Source: Candidatus Saccharimonadales bacterium (GTDB taxonomy: Bacteria; Patescibacteriota; Saccharimonadia; Saccharimonadales; 2-12-FULL-41-12). Taken from it: 64,000 nucleotides of DNA. Each line of letters opens with the position of its first letter. Positions within the stretch are counted from its first letter, which is position 1. The stretch covers positions 471,468-535,467 of the forward strand of contig JANWLD010000001.1 in NCBI GenBank assembly GCA_025451045.1, read 5' to 3'. Both the position numbers and the translations under genes were made by a program. Shown piece after piece: positions 11,812 through 20,624 of this stretch. Under the pieces are notes generated by a model. It worked only from the letters and a program-made list of their open reading frames with translations. It was not told the origin of the DNA and did no database searches.

Positions 11812-12485
11812 TATTTGCCTGCTCTTTCCATTATTTTTTCGAATTCAGTGCGGGTAATTTGGCCGGGTGCCGAAGCTTCTTCGCTACTTTCCGGTATAAA
11901 TATTAACTCGTTTCCCCACAGCGCGCCAAAAACTCGCGTAATTTCTCCCTCTTTACCCATACCCAGTACTATATGTTTTTGACCTGTTTCAAGGAAATCT
12001 TTTTTAATGTTAATAAGCCTAAGCGCGTCACTGGCTTGCTCACAGTATGTAGATAGCTTGCTGATATATGGTGAATACGACTTTATTTCTGAAACGATTT
12101 CCTGCAGCTTTGCGTCTGGCGGTGTGTTCTCATAGTTATGATAAGACCCGATTTTTTTGATATCTTTACCCTTTATATATGCCAAATCCTCAGTTTGGCA
12201 GGTTATGTCCAGGTCAACCAAGCAATCCTTCCCGGAAACTGCGTCTAAAACCTTAAATCTCTGCTCAGTCGGCATTTTAATCGGCTCCAGGTTTTGTCGC
12301 CGAAAGACTAAGACAACGCGGCCGGGAAATTTATAGACCAACTCTGGAGCAAAACTTGTTTCAAAAGCTTCTATATAATCAACCCAAACTTCGAAATAAC
12401 CATAGCTAGACTTGGATTGTTCGATAATGCTCAAAACTTCGGCTTTGCTTGGTTTTATAATCGGCAGGCAATACTTACTTTGCAT
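11811..12485 (-). CDS. aroD: 3-dehydroquinate dehydratase, type I
   Basis: 224 aa of AroD-like length and layout (SYHNYENTP, later [10 protein letters not shown]). It lies between aroE and aroC in one overlapping operon. Confidence 0.8.
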   Translation of the reverse strand: MQSKYCLPIIKPSKAEVLSIIEQSKSSYGYFEVWVDYIEAFETSFAPELVYKFPGRVVLVFRRQNLEPIKMPTEQRFKVLDAVSGKDCLVDLDITCQTEDLAYIKGKDIKKIGSYHNYENTPPDAKLQEIVSEIKSYSPYISKLSTYCEQASDALRLINIKKDFLETGQKHIVLGMGKEGEITRVFGALWGNELIFIPESSEEASAPGQITRTEFEKIMERAGK

Positions 12486-13308
12486 TCCTCAGCTCCATTA
12501 CGAAATTCCGCATCGCTTGCTCAGGCGCGTCATGTCCAGTGTAAAGTTTTACCTGCTCATAGCCCTGGCTCAAATACATTTCAATGCCGGAAATTGTCTG
12601 CGCGCCGACTTTTTCAGCCTCTTTAAGCAAAACAGTCTCAATTGGTGAATACACAGCGTCAAAAACTATTTGGTCGGGCGTAATGTCGCTAACATCAATA
12701 GGCATTTGATCTTCCTGTCCGACAAAGCCGACCGAAGTAGCATTGCAGACTATGTCTGCATTTTTAATATTTTCCTGCTCACTCAATGATGCATATTTGC
12801 AGTTGAATTTTTCGGCCAGAACCTTTGCTTTCTCAGGAGTACGGTTATAAATAGTTACGTCGCAGCCTTTGTGGGTTAGTCCATAGACAAAAGCCTTTGC
12901 CGCGCCGCCTGCACCGATTACCGCTACTTTTTTACCTTTCAGCTCGGTGATTGCCTCCAGAGGTTTAACCGCGCCGACCCAATCGGTGTTGTAACCGGTC
13001 AAAACCCCGTCATCATTAACCACCGTATTGACCGCGCCGATTGCTTGCGCGTGCTCATCAATTTTGTCCAGATATGGCATGACTATTTCTTTATGCGGCA
13101 TGGTGCAAGTAGCGCCGCGGATTCCCATAGCCCGAACGCCCTTTATAAAATCTTCAATGTTTTCTGCTTTAACCAAGCAGGAAAGATAAATAAACTGGTC
13201 GTCTATACCGAGCTCTTTATAGACTTTGTTATAAATAATAGGCCCGATAGATTGCTTTATTGGGTCGCCAATGCCCAGACAGATTTTTGTAGTCGAATTA
13301 ACTCTCAT
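12475..13308 (-). CDS. aroE: Shikimate 5-dehydrogenase
   Basis: 277 aa with the Rossmann motif VAVIGAGGAAKA and a TCTMPHK-type substrate motif. It overlaps both neighbouring genes. Confidence 0.9.
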   Translation of the reverse strand: MRVNSTTKICLGIGDPIKQSIGPIIYNKVYKELGIDDQFIYLSCLVKAENIEDFIKGVRAMGIRGATCTMPHKEIVMPYLDKIDEHAQAIGAVNTVVNDDGVLTGYNTDWVGAVKPLEAITELKGKKVAVIGAGGAAKAFVYGLTHKGCDVTIYNRTPEKAKVLAEKFNCKYASLSEQENIKNADIVCNATSVGFVGQEDQMPIDVSDITPDQIVFDAVYSPIETVLLKEAEKVGAQTISGIEMYLSQGYEQVKLYTGHDAPEQAMRNFVMELRNAK

Positions 13309-15002
13309 GCAATTTCCAATTTTTCCATTATCTCATCAATGGCTTGGTTTGGAGAAATGGCAGAGGTGTCAATAATGAAATCTGCGTTCCTATAATATTT
13401 ATCTTTTCTTTTCTCCCAGACTTCATCCAGCTCGCCCAGCAAGCTGGGCTGGGTACTTAACTCCGGACGGTTCTTGTCGGTCCTGATACGCTGGGACAGT
13501 ATTCCTGCGTCAGCTTTCAAAAGTATTGATATAGAGTCTGGTTTGAACAGTTCCACGTTAGCCTGGTCTAAAACTATCCCGCCGCCGGATGAAATAACTG
13601 AGTTTGTATGTTTGCTAAGTTGCCGACAAGCCGCGGTTTCCAATTTTCTGAAGTGTTCCCAGCCATTTTCGAGCACGATATCACGGACTTTTTGTCCGTG
13701 TTTTTTCTCCAGGTACAAATCCATATCAATAAAATCCATCTTAAGCCTCTGGGCCAGAATTCTGCCGACGGTGGTCTTGCCGCCGCCGCGCATACCAATG
13801 AGCAAAATGTTTGAAAACGATTTGCTCGTGCGTTTCACAGTCGCTATTTTGGCTAATTCGTCCCAGAAACCGGGGAAGGTTTTATTAACGACAGCCGGAT
13901 TCATAATTCGCATTCCGGGGATTTTTGTACCGGCAACGGCAAAAGACATAGCTATGCGATGGTCGCCATAAGGGTTGATTAATGCATTTTTGGGCTTTCC
14001 GCCAAGGATTGTCAGGCTGTCTTTAGTCGCCGAGGTTTCAATACCCATCTTGGCCAGTTCATTTTGTACGGCGACTACTCGCTCTGTTTCTTTGATGCGT
14101 AGCGAAGCTATACCGTCAATCGTTGTTACGCCCTCTGTGAAGGCGGCTAGGGCAGCCAGTGTCATCGCCTGGTCCGGAAAATCTTCGGCATTAATGTTGG
14201 CCGGTAACTTACCTCCGGTTAATAAATCGACAAATTTTTTATCTCCTTGCTTTGAATCGGGATTTAGCCCTTTGACTTTTGTTTTAGAATTCGTCAATGC
14301 ATTAATTGCAAAGAAATACGCCGCACTGGAATAGTCGTCCTCTACTTCGTAATCTTTCGCCTGGTATTTTTGCGGCTTAATCTCGTAGCGTTGATAATTG
14401 TCATTTTTAACCTTAACTCCAAAATAACCCATGATATCAATCGTCATATCAATATACGGTTTGGATATTTGTTTTCCTTTTACTTCTATGACCAAGCCCT
14501 TTTCAAGTTTCGGGGCAATTAACATCAATGCCGAAAGATATTGGCTGCTGACATCGCCTTTCAAAGTAACCTTATACTCAGTAGGTTCGGAGCTGATAAT
14601 TTTCAGCGGTAAAAACCCGTCTTTGCCGAGGTACTCGATGTTTGCTCCGAGCTGACGCAATGCATCAACCAAATCTTTAATCGGACGTTTTTGCAGGCTT
14701 GCCGCGCCGGTTATCGTTTGCACACCTGGAGAAATACATGCCAGAGCCGTCATGAACCTGGCAGTCAGGCCGGATTCATTAGCATCCAGCTTAGTATCAT
14801 TATTTTTTAATGCCATAAGACAGTTTTGCATCGCAACCGTGTCCTCGCTGTCGAGTAGGTTTTTAATCTCAAATTTATTTTCGCATAGCGTGGAAATCAA
14901 AAGAGCCCTAAGGCTGTAACTTTTCGACCCCGGAACTTTAACAGTCGTCTCAACCGGTTTGTCCAGCGGCGAGACGCTGATTATGTCCAAACTGTTTTTC
15001 AT
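13305..15002 (-). CDS. aroA: Bifunctional EPSP synthase (N-terminal ~390 aa) fused to shikimate kinase (C-terminal ~170 aa)
   Basis: The N-terminal part is AroA-like (VPGSKSYSLRAL, GDHRIAMSFAV). The C-terminal part carries the Walker A motif LIGMRGGGKTTVGR and a shikimate-kinase-like sequence. It is a single 565-aa frame. Confidence 0.9.
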   Translation of the reverse strand: MKNSLDIISVSPLDKPVETTVKVPGSKSYSLRALLISTLCENKFEIKNLLDSEDTVAMQNCLMALKNNDTKLDANESGLTARFMTALACISPGVQTITGAASLQKRPIKDLVDALRQLGANIEYLGKDGFLPLKIISSEPTEYKVTLKGDVSSQYLSALMLIAPKLEKGLVIEVKGKQISKPYIDMTIDIMGYFGVKVKNDNYQRYEIKPQKYQAKDYEVEDDYSSAAYFFAINALTNSKTKVKGLNPDSKQGDKKFVDLLTGGKLPANINAEDFPDQAMTLAALAAFTEGVTTIDGIASLRIKETERVVAVQNELAKMGIETSATKDSLTILGGKPKNALINPYGDHRIAMSFAVAGTKIPGMRIMNPAVVNKTFPGFWDELAKIATVKRTSKSFSNILLIGMRGGGKTTVGRILAQRLKMDFIDMDLYLEKKHGQKVRDIVLENGWEHFRKLETAACRQLSKHTNSVISSGGGIVLDQANVELFKPDSISILLKADAGILSQRIRTDKNRPELSTQPSLLGELDEVWEKRKDKYYRNADFIIDTSAISPNQAIDEIMEKLEIA

Positions 15003-15102
15003 CTATATCAATAATAATTCAAAAGTGTTGCCCGGAGAAGCTTTTAAGTCTTATGTGTCAATTGGTAACCAGATAACTACCGAACATAACGGAATTTAGA
15101 AC

Positions 15103-15131
15103 TTTACAAACTTCTTAAAATGCTCTAATAT
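15103..15131 (+). promoter_or_regulatory. Candidate sigma-70 promoter upstream of tuf
   Basis: TTTACA (15103-15108), a 17-nt spacer, then TAATAT (15126-15131), located in the 213-bp divergent spacer between the aro operon and tuf. Confidence 0.4.
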
Positions 15132-15215
15132 ACTTTGGTAATTCGCGTGGGTACTGTTCTGTATTCATGTTAAATATCGTTAAGTATCAATTTTACACAG
15201 GAGAATAAATAAAAG

Positions 15216-16397
15216 ATGGCAGACTTTGACAGAAGTAAACCGCACATTAACGTAGGTACCATGGGTCACGTTGACCACGGTAAAACCACACTGACAGCAG
15301 CTATTACAGCTGTACTTGCTAAGAAATTACCAAGTGACGTTAACAAACCTATCGCCTATGACCAGATTGACAACGCACCGGAGGAAAAGCAACGCGGTAT
15401 TACCATTGCGACCTCTCACCAGGAATATGAGAGTGAAAAACGCCACTACGCGCATGTTGACATGCCCGGACACGCCGACTACGTCAAGAACATGATTACC
15501 GGTGCCGCCCAGGTTGACGGTGCTATATTGGTCGTATCTGCCGCTGACGGCCCTATGCCTCAGACCCGCGAACACGTCTTGCTTGCCAAGCAGGTTGGCG
15601 TACCAAGTATTTTAGTCTTTATGAACAAAATGGACTTGGCTGACCCTGAGCTGGTGGAGCTTGTCGAAATGGACATCCGAGAACTGCTGAAGAAATATGA
15701 TTTTGACGAGAACGCTCCAATTATCAAAGGTTCCGCCACCAAAGCTCTTGAAGGTTCCGCCGATGACGAAAATGCCATTATGGAACTGGTTTCCAAGATG
15801 GACGAATACGTTCCGGAGCCAAAACGCGATTTGGACAAGCCGTTTTTGATGCCTATTGAAGATGTATTTTCTATCAAGGGCCGTGGTACCGTTGCTACCG
15901 GACGTATTGAAACCGGTGTAGTAAAGCTTAACGAAGAAGTAGAAATCGTCGGTGTCCGCGATACCAAAAAGACCGTTGTTACAGGGATTGAAGCGTTTAA
16001 GAAGAACCTTGACCAAGGCCAAGCTGGTGATAATGCCGGACTTTTGCTTCGAGGTATCGAACGAGATGACATCGAGCGAGGACAAGTACTTTGCAAACCG
16101 GGTTCCATTACCCCTCACACCGAGTTTGATTCCGAAGTTTATGTTTTGACAAAAGAAGAAGGCGGCCGACATACTCCGTTCTTCAAAGGCTACAAACCGC
16201 AATTTTACTTCCGAACCACTGACGTAACCGGAGAAGTCGAACTTCCGGCTGACAAAGAAATGGTCATGCCCGGTGACACCGTAACTTTCAAAGTTAAACT
16301 TCTTGCTCCTATCGCTATGGACCAAGGACTTCGATTCGCTATCCGCGAAGGCGGCCGAACTGTCGGCGCCGGCGTGGTCACTAAGATCAATAAGTAA
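15216..16397 (+). CDS. tuf: Elongation factor Tu
   Basis: 393 aa with [18 protein letters not shown] and NKMD. AGGAGA lies upstream. Confidence 0.98.
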   Translation: MADFDRSKPHINVGTMGHVDHGKTTLTAAITAVLAKKLPSDVNKPIAYDQIDNAPEEKQRGITIATSHQEYESEKRHYAHVDMPGHADYVKNMITGAAQVDGAILVVSAADGPMPQTREHVLLAKQVGVPSILVFMNKMDLADPELVELVEMDIRELLKKYDFDENAPIIKGSATKALEGSADDENAIMELVSKMDEYVPEPKRDLDKPFLMPIEDVFSIKGRGTVATGRIETGVVKLNEEVEIVGVRDTKKTVVTGIEAFKKNLDQGQAGDNAGLLLRGIERDDIERGQVLCKPGSITPHTEFDSEVYVLTKEEGGRHTPFFKGYKPQFYFRTTDVTGEVELPADKEMVMPGDTVTFKVKLLAPIAMDQGLRFAIREGGRTVGAGVVTKINK

Positions 16398-16400
16398 TAC

Positions 16401-16736
16401 ATGGCAACATCATCCGAAACAAAAAATGACCCGAAACAGCGGATAAGAATCCGTCTAAAGGCTTATGACCACAAGGTAATTGACCAGTCTGCCAAACAGA
16501 TTGTCGATACCGCCATCAGAACCGGTGCTACCATTTCCGGTCCAGTACCATTGCCGACCCGTCGAAGCACTTTTACGGTAGTCAAGAGCCCTCATGTTTA
16601 CAAAAAAGGCCGGGAACAGTTTGAAATGCGTGTCCATAAACGCCTGATAGATGTGCTTGAACCTACCCCGAAGACGATTGATTCACTCATGAATCTCAGT
16701 TTACCCGCAGGGTGTGATGCTGAGATTAAGATGTAA
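16401..16736 (+). CDS. rpsJ: 30S ribosomal protein S10
   Basis: 111-aa S10 translation ([17 protein letters not shown]...). Confidence 0.97.
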   Translation: MATSSETKNDPKQRIRIRLKAYDHKVIDQSAKQIVDTAIRTGATISGPVPLPTRRSTFTVVKSPHVYKKGREQFEMRVHKRLIDVLEPTPKTIDSLMNLSLPAGCDAEIKM

Positions 16737-16849
16737 TAGCTGCGACCCAGCACCAAAATCTTTAAATTCCATAATCTGATTACAGACTACTTCATTCAGG
16801 ATTTGGTGCTAGACAGGCGCCGAAATAAAGATGTAGAATTTACATCGCA

Positions 16850-16879
16850 TTGACAGAGGTTAGCGTAACGTGCTAATCT
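16850..16879 (+). promoter_or_regulatory. Candidate internal promoter ahead of rplC
   Basis: TTGACA (16850-16855), an 18-nt spacer, then TAATCT (16874-16879), inside an unusually long 262-nt rpsJ-rplC spacer. Confidence 0.4.
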
Positions 16880-16998
16880 GTAATGACTGTTAATAAAACA
16901 TCGCGCATGGCGCGTCATGGAAGGTCGCCTCTAACAGGGGTAGAAACCACCGACCGCCATGATTTTATTGTCAGCTTAAATTAAAGGAGCAAGTAAGC

Positions 16999-17610
16999 TT
17001 GAAAGCACTCATTACTCGAAAAATCGGTATGACCAGTATTACTGCCGAAGATGGCGGCGTAGCCGCTGTTACTCTGCTTTCAGCATCTGATAATGTCGTA
17101 ACTCAGCTAAAAAATACCGAATCCGACGGCTATCAGGCGGTCCAGCTCGGCTTTGAAGAGTCAAAGAAGCTCAGCAAGTCCTTACTTGGCCATCTCAAGC
17201 CAGCGAAAATGAATGCCAAGGTGACGAGAGAAATCCGCGTGGATGAAATTCCTGAAGAATTGAAGGTCGGCGAGAAAATCAGCGCCGACCTTTTCAGTGT
17301 AGGAGACAAAGTCGACGCTGTCGGTACCTCCAAAGGCAAGGGTTTTGCCGGCACTATCAAGCGCCATAACTTCCACCGCGGCCGCAAGACACACGGTGGC
17401 CGCAGCTATCGACGGCCGGGTTCCATCGGTTCGATGTATCCGCAAAAGATTTTCAAAGGCAAGAAAATGTCCGGCCACATGGGGGATGAGCGCGTAACCG
17501 TAAAGAACCTTAACATTGCGCTGGTTGACAACGAGAATAATGTCATTGGTGTTTACGGAGCTATACCCGGTCCTAAAAAGGGCGTAGTAGTGCTGAAAGG
17601 AACTGCCTAA
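16999..17610 (+). CDS. rplC: 50S ribosomal protein L3
   Basis: TTG start with AAGGAG at 16984-16989. The translation is L3-like (GKGFAGTIKRHNF). Confidence 0.95.
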   Translation: MKALITRKIGMTSITAEDGGVAAVTLLSASDNVVTQLKNTESDGYQAVQLGFEESKKLSKSLLGHLKPAKMNAKVTREIRVDEIPEELKVGEKISADLFSVGDKVDAVGTSKGKGFAGTIKRHNFHRGRKTHGGRSYRRPGSIGSMYPQKIFKGKKMSGHMGDERVTVKNLNIALVDNENNVIGVYGAIPGPKKGVVVLKGTA

Positions 17611-17611
17611 A

Positions 17612-18271
17612 ATGGCCAGCGTTACGTCTTATACTGCCGCAGGAGTCAAGTCTGGTGCTAAAGCTGCCTTGGATAAGAATGTATTTGGCCTAGAAGTCAA
17701 AAACCACGACCTGCTTGGATATGCCTACCAGTCTTATCTGGCTAATGGTCGGGTAAATCTCGCCAAGACTAAAACCAGAGGTGAAGTTGTCGGTAGTACC
17801 AAAAAGCCATGGAAGCAAAAAGGTACGGGCCGGGCACGTTTTGGTTCCCGATATAACCCTATCTGGCGCGGCGGAGGTATCACTTTCGGCCCGACCGGCA
17901 ATGAGAATTACACCAAGAAACTTAACCTTAAAGCCAAGCGTCTGGCTACCAAACAGGCTTTGAGTTTGGCTGCTACCGAAGATAGAATCAAAATTATCGA
18001 CAAATTTGACGGCGGCGATGGCAAAGTCAAGAAAACGGCGGCCCTGCTGAGTAAGATTGAAGCTAAAGGCAAGGTGTTGTTGGTGGTGGATAGCAAAGAC
18101 AAAATGATAAATCGCTCTACCGGTAATATCGCGGGCGTTAAAGTAACAACTGGAAAATATTTGAACGTTTACGACATTCTTAATTCAGACAACGTAGTTA
18201 TTACCAAGAAATCACTTGATGCCATTTCTGAGTGGCTGGCTGACAAGACCAAGAAAGCGGAGGCCAAATGA
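17612..18271 (+). CDS. rplD: 50S ribosomal protein L4
   Basis: 219-aa L4-like translation (KPWKQKGTGRAR) in the conserved operon position. Confidence 0.95.
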   Translation: MASVTSYTAAGVKSGAKAALDKNVFGLEVKNHDLLGYAYQSYLANGRVNLAKTKTRGEVVGSTKKPWKQKGTGRARFGSRYNPIWRGGGITFGPTGNENYTKKLNLKAKRLATKQALSLAATEDRIKIIDKFDGGDGKVKKTAALLSKIEAKGKVLLVVDSKDKMINRSTGNIAGVKVTTGKYLNVYDILNSDNVVITKKSLDAISEWLADKTKKAEAK

Positions 18272-18807
18272 GCAAAATCATGGCCTTAAAACCGCGGATG
18301 AGTGAAAAGACCTATGCGCAAAGCCATGCGACTAACACCTATACTTTTGATGTCCCTAAAAACGCTAATAAGCTAGAGGTTAGCCGAGCAGTGGCTGTGC
18401 AGTTCAAAGTAACTGTTGAAGACGTGCGGATTGCTATCCTCAAGGGTAAGCAAGCCCGTTCTATAAGGATCGGCGGTACCCGTAAAGTTATTACCGGTAA
18501 ACGTCCTGATATCAAGAAAGCTTATGTCCGGATAAAAAACGGTGAAACAATTCCTATTTTTGCCAGTATCGACGAAGCCGAGGAAAAGGCCAAAAAAGCC
18601 GAGGCTAAAGCAGCCAAGAAAGATTCGTCTGATAAACCGGCTAAAACTCCTGATAAATCTGCTGCAAAGGCTAAAACAGCAGCCGCTAAGAAGCCTGAAA
18701 AAACGCCTAAGAAAAACACCAAGCCGACTAAGACTGTCGTTGAAGAAAAGAAAGAAGAAATCCTGAAGCCGAAATCCCGATTCAATTTCCTCCGGAGGGG
18801 TAAATAG
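18268..18807 (+). CDS. rplW: 50S ribosomal protein L23 with ~80-aa K/A/E-rich C-terminal extension
   Basis: The first ~97 aa are L23-like and in the conserved position. The tail from about 18559 is low-complexity (AEEKAKKAEAKAAKK...). Confidence 0.9.
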   Translation: MSKIMALKPRMSEKTYAQSHATNTYTFDVPKNANKLEVSRAVAVQFKVTVEDVRIAILKGKQARSIRIGGTRKVITGKRPDIKKAYVRIKNGETIPIFASIDEAEEKAKKAEAKAAKKDSSDKPAKTPDKSAAKAKTAAAKKPEKTPKKNTKPTKTVVEEKKEEILKPKSRFNFLRRGK

Positions 18808-18809
18808 AT

Positions 18810-19664
18810 ATGCCGATTAAGACTTACAAACCGACTACTCCCGGCCGACGAGGCATGACTACGCAGGATTTTGACACCATTACCGCTAAAAAGCCGATCA
18901 AGTCACTTTTGGCTGTCAAAAAGCAAAAAAGCGGGCGCAATAACCAGGGCCGGATAACTACCCGGCACAAAGGCGGCGGCGCTAAGAAATTTTATAGGAT
19001 TGTCAATTTTAAATTGGCTGAGGAAGCAAAACTAAAGGTTGAGCAGATTGAGTACGACCCGAACCGCAGCGCCCGTATAGCACGAGTAAAGGACGAAAAT
19101 GGCGCATACCATTACATCTTGGCTTCTTCCAAGATGAAGCCGGGTAAGACCATCAAAGTCGGCGAAGAAGCGCCGATTGACAGCGGTAACCGTTTGAAAC
19201 TGGCTAATATCCCGATGGGCAGCACTGTCCATGCTATTGAGCTTGAACCGGGCCGCGGTGCGCAACTCGTCAGAAGCGCTGGCGCCAGCGCCCAGCTGAT
19301 GGCCAAAGACAATGGACAGGCACAACTACGTTTGCCAAGCGGCGAAGTAAGATTGGTGAACCTTAACTGTATGGCTTCTATTGGTGTAATTGGCAATGAG
19401 CAGCACCAGAACATCAAGGTTGGCAAAGCTGGCCGTAGCCGGCACAAAGGGATCCGTCCAAGCGTACGAGGTGTAGTAATGAATGCGGCCGACCACCCGC
19501 ACGGTGGTGGTGACGGCGGGCGTCACGGTATTGGCGGCGGTAAGAACCACGGCGCAGCTCCGAAAACGCCTTGGGGCCAGAAAACTCTCGGCTTTAAGAC
19601 CAGGCGCCGAAAGAGCACAACCAAATACATTCTAAAGAGTCGCCATGCGAGCAAGAGGAGATAA
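18810..19664 (+). CDS. rplB: 50S ribosomal protein L2
   Basis: 284 aa with L2 hallmarks (VMNAADHPHGGGDG). Confidence 0.97.
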   Translation: MPIKTYKPTTPGRRGMTTQDFDTITAKKPIKSLLAVKKQKSGRNNQGRITTRHKGGGAKKFYRIVNFKLAEEAKLKVEQIEYDPNRSARIARVKDENGAYHYILASSKMKPGKTIKVGEEAPIDSGNRLKLANIPMGSTVHAIELEPGRGAQLVRSAGASAQLMAKDNGQAQLRLPSGEVRLVNLNCMASIGVIGNEQHQNIKVGKAGRSRHKGIRPSVRGVVMNAADHPHGGGDGGRHGIGGGKNHGAAPKTPWGQKTLGFKTRRRKSTTKYILKSRHASKRR

Positions 19665-19667
19665 ATT

Positions 19668-19961
19668 ATGAACGGTGACTATACTTCTATTCATGAAATT
19701 GCTAGGTTGCATACAGAACCTTTTGTAAAGGGATTGGATGCTGGTTTAGAAGCAATAAAGCAGCGTGAAGAATTAAGCAGTCCTATTACTTTTGATGATG
19801 TGTCAGCTAGGTCAGATGTTTTTCACATTGCTACTAATAGATTGGCAATGAGCGACGAAATACCCGAGTCTTACGGGCAGACTAAATACGAAATCATGGG
19901 TATGGGAGTTATATCTGCTCTTGAAGAAGCCGCTATAAGAAGTAAAGGAAATGTAGGGTAA
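19668..19961 (+). CDS. Hypothetical small acidic protein (97 aa), family C member 2, inserted between rplB and rpsS
   Basis: AGGAG lies 8 nt upstream, inside the rplB 3' end. The ATG is 3 nt after the rplB stop and the stop is 4 nt before the rpsS ATG. By eye it is a paralog of ORF 8064-8318. Confidence 0.55.
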   Translation: MNGDYTSIHEIARLHTEPFVKGLDAGLEAIKQREELSSPITFDDVSARSDVFHIATNRLAMSDEIPESYGQTKYEIMGMGVISALEEAAIRSKGNVG

Positions 19962-19965
19962 AGAA

Positions 19966-20241
19966 ATGAGCAGAAGCTTAAAAAAAGGACCGTTTGTAGA
20001 CCCGAAACTTGCTAAGAAAGTTGATGCCTTGGGCAAGGAAGACCGAACCGTGATTAAGACCTGGGCGCGATATAGCGCTATTCCTCCGGAATTCGTTGGG
20101 CGAACCATCGCCGTACATAACGGGAAGACCCATGTACCGGTGTTTATTACTGAGAATATGGTTGGACACAAACTGGGTGAATTCGCTCCGACCCGCAAAT
20201 TCCGAAGCCACGGCGGTAAGCTCGCGAAAGGACAAAGTTAA
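19966..20241 (+). CDS. rpsS: 30S ribosomal protein S19
   Basis: 91-aa S19 translation ([11 protein letters not shown]...HNGK). Confidence 0.97.
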   Translation: MSRSLKKGPFVDPKLAKKVDALGKEDRTVIKTWARYSAIPPEFVGRTIAVHNGKTHVPVFITENMVGHKLGEFAPTRKFRSHGGKLAKGQS

Positions 20242-20243
20242 TC

Positions 20244-20624
20244 ATGGTGATTAAAGCCAGTGCTAAAGGAGTTCGTATGAGCCCGCGCAAAGTCGGGGTC
20301 GTTGCCAGCTTGGTTCGCGGCAGAACCGTTGCCGATGCCGTTACTATCCTGGAACACACACCAAGGCGTTCCAGCTTGCCAGTTAAGAAGTTGATTGAGA
20401 GTGCAAAAGCTAATGCGACCAATAACCATAATTTGCAAGCTGAAGGCTTGAAATTGACCAGTATCACGGTAACTCCCGGTCCCCGGATTAAACGAATAAG
20501 ACCGGCTGCCCATGGCCGAGCCTTGCCTTTTGAAAGAAAATCCAGCCATATATTCGTAGAAGTTGAAGGCCAAGAGAAACCAGTCAAAAAACCAGCCGAC
20601 AAAGCCAAGAAGGAGGCCAAATAA
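20244..20624 (+). CDS. rplV: 50S ribosomal protein L22
   Basis: 126-aa L22-like translation in the conserved position. Confidence 0.95.
   Translation: MVIKASAKGVRMSPRKVGVVASLVRGRTVADAVTILEHTPRRSSLPVKKLIESAKANATNNHNLQAEGLKLTSITVTPGPRIKRIRPAAHGRALPFERKSSHIFVEVEGQEKPVKKPADKAKKEAK

Noticed and set aside
15560-16325. Two long minus-strand ORFs (182 and 237 aa) inside tuf
   Set aside because: They are antisense to EF-Tu, one of the most certain calls in the window.
16883-16984. 33-codon ORF in the rpsJ-rplC spacer
   Set aside because: It starts 4 nt after the putative -10 element and has no Shine-Dalgarno. Unlike the family A and B mini-cistrons, it is not stop/start-coupled to rpsJ. The region is better explained as a structured leader.
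18542-18766. 74-aa K/R/L-rich alternative-frame ORF inside the rplW tail
   Set aside because: It is an out-of-frame reading of the lysine-rich L23 extension with no start context, so it is a low-complexity artefact.
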